DNA of 63,667 nucleotides, filler included, from Bonamia ostreae (Eukaryota): NCBI GenBank assembly GCA_040357525.1. It is 31 parts of 31 records of this genome, joined end to end, with 100 filler letters (N's around TTAATTAATTAA, not from the genome) between each part and the next. Parts side by side here need not be neighbours in the genome. Positions count along the whole stretch, not along the records: positions 61,731 to 63,667 come from JBDODL010001194.1; 30 more parts are not named here. One strand, 5' to 3'. Shown piece by piece: positions 62,901 to 63,667 of this stretch (position 1 is its first letter; each line of letters starts with the position of its first letter). The notes under the pieces were generated by a model. It saw only the letters and a program-made list of their open reading frames with translations, ran no database searches and was not told where the DNA came from. The position numbers and the translations under genes were made by a program.

Positions 62901-63667
62901 TCATTACTGTTAGTAATCTAAACTATTCCAATCTTGAATGTCATATTTCTAAATCACCAAGAATTTCTCAGATTCATTTTACAGCATCGCACATTCATGA
63001 GACTTTGAATATGATGATTTAATGTCTAGATTTTCAATCGTTACGCCCGTTCCAGTATCTGTGAAGAAATTACATTTTCCCTTCGTATATGTGTTACGGA
63101 AATATGGTAATAATATGTTTAACACCCCTATCTACAATAAAGTAAAGCAAGGAAACTATTCTAAAACACGGATAAGACAAGAATCAAATTTACTAAACCA
63201 GTTTACATGTGTAATAGCATATGGTCATCATATAATGGCAAATTTTCATAAATAGATCAATCCTACAGTAGTAGCTCTAAATGAAATCACCCATAGTCCA
63301 AAATTTAAAATAGTATATTCATGTACGTGCAATTATGTCAACATTAATTCAAGTTCTTTAGATCACTAAAACTTTTATTTTACATCGCCTTTCTAAGGCA
63401 GTTGATATACATATCAAGGTGAAGGGTGTTAAATATTCGATCATTTCTAAAGTAACTAACATGGTGGTCAAAGTTCTTGCAATTGGACAATTTAGCAGAT
63501 AGAGAAATGTATCTAACGCACATGTAGCTCCACCCTCATGTCACTCAATATGCATTTGTAATATTTCTTATTTCAATTTCGCACATGGTAGAAGTGTATT
63601 TCAAAGGAATTTTGTTTACTGGATAAAAGGATATCATCCGGTAAACTATTAAAACTGAAAAAGGTTA

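Overview
This is not a contiguous locus. It is an artificial concatenation of 31 unrelated ~1.94-1.97 kb contigs, ordered by decreasing length and joined by 100-nt N spacers carrying TTAATTAATTAA (stops in all six frames). Adjacency across spacers is therefore meaningless. At least three sources are mixed. (1) A gene-dense, standard-code microbial eukaryote with 19-30 nt GT-AG microintrons and ~60-180 bp bidirectional promoters. It encodes DDX47, a Piwi-clade Argonaute, NUG1/GNL3, LSM4, BAP31, CWC15, XPB, two E2s, polyubiquitin, PPOX, a cullin, eIF2B-epsilon, CDC5L, SHMT, LIG1, PITP, a formin and others. (2) Gene-poor metazoan DNA with bivalve/oyster-type repeats, an FN3-like exon, EGF-repeat exons and decayed Gypsy/Mutator elements. 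The combination suggests an oyster parasite assembly (an ascetosporean such as Bonamia, by inference only) with host carry-over. (3) A contig (2072-4040) missed by the ORF track that looks like a decayed ambisense CRESS ssDNA virus genome, with a TAGTATTAC nonanucleotide, a basic capsid-like frame, a Rep C-terminus (LSKLSRDRW) and GNA mini-hairpins. Other notable points are a polyubiquitin whose second monomer starts with Phe instead of Met, a secreted PLA2-like/Sushi-like fusion, an SHMT lacking key folate-reaction residues, a tandem CDC48-domain-2-like/RING-H2 protein, an RPEL-Kelch protein, and introns expanded by tandem duplication. All protein calls are motif recognition by eye; no database searches were run.
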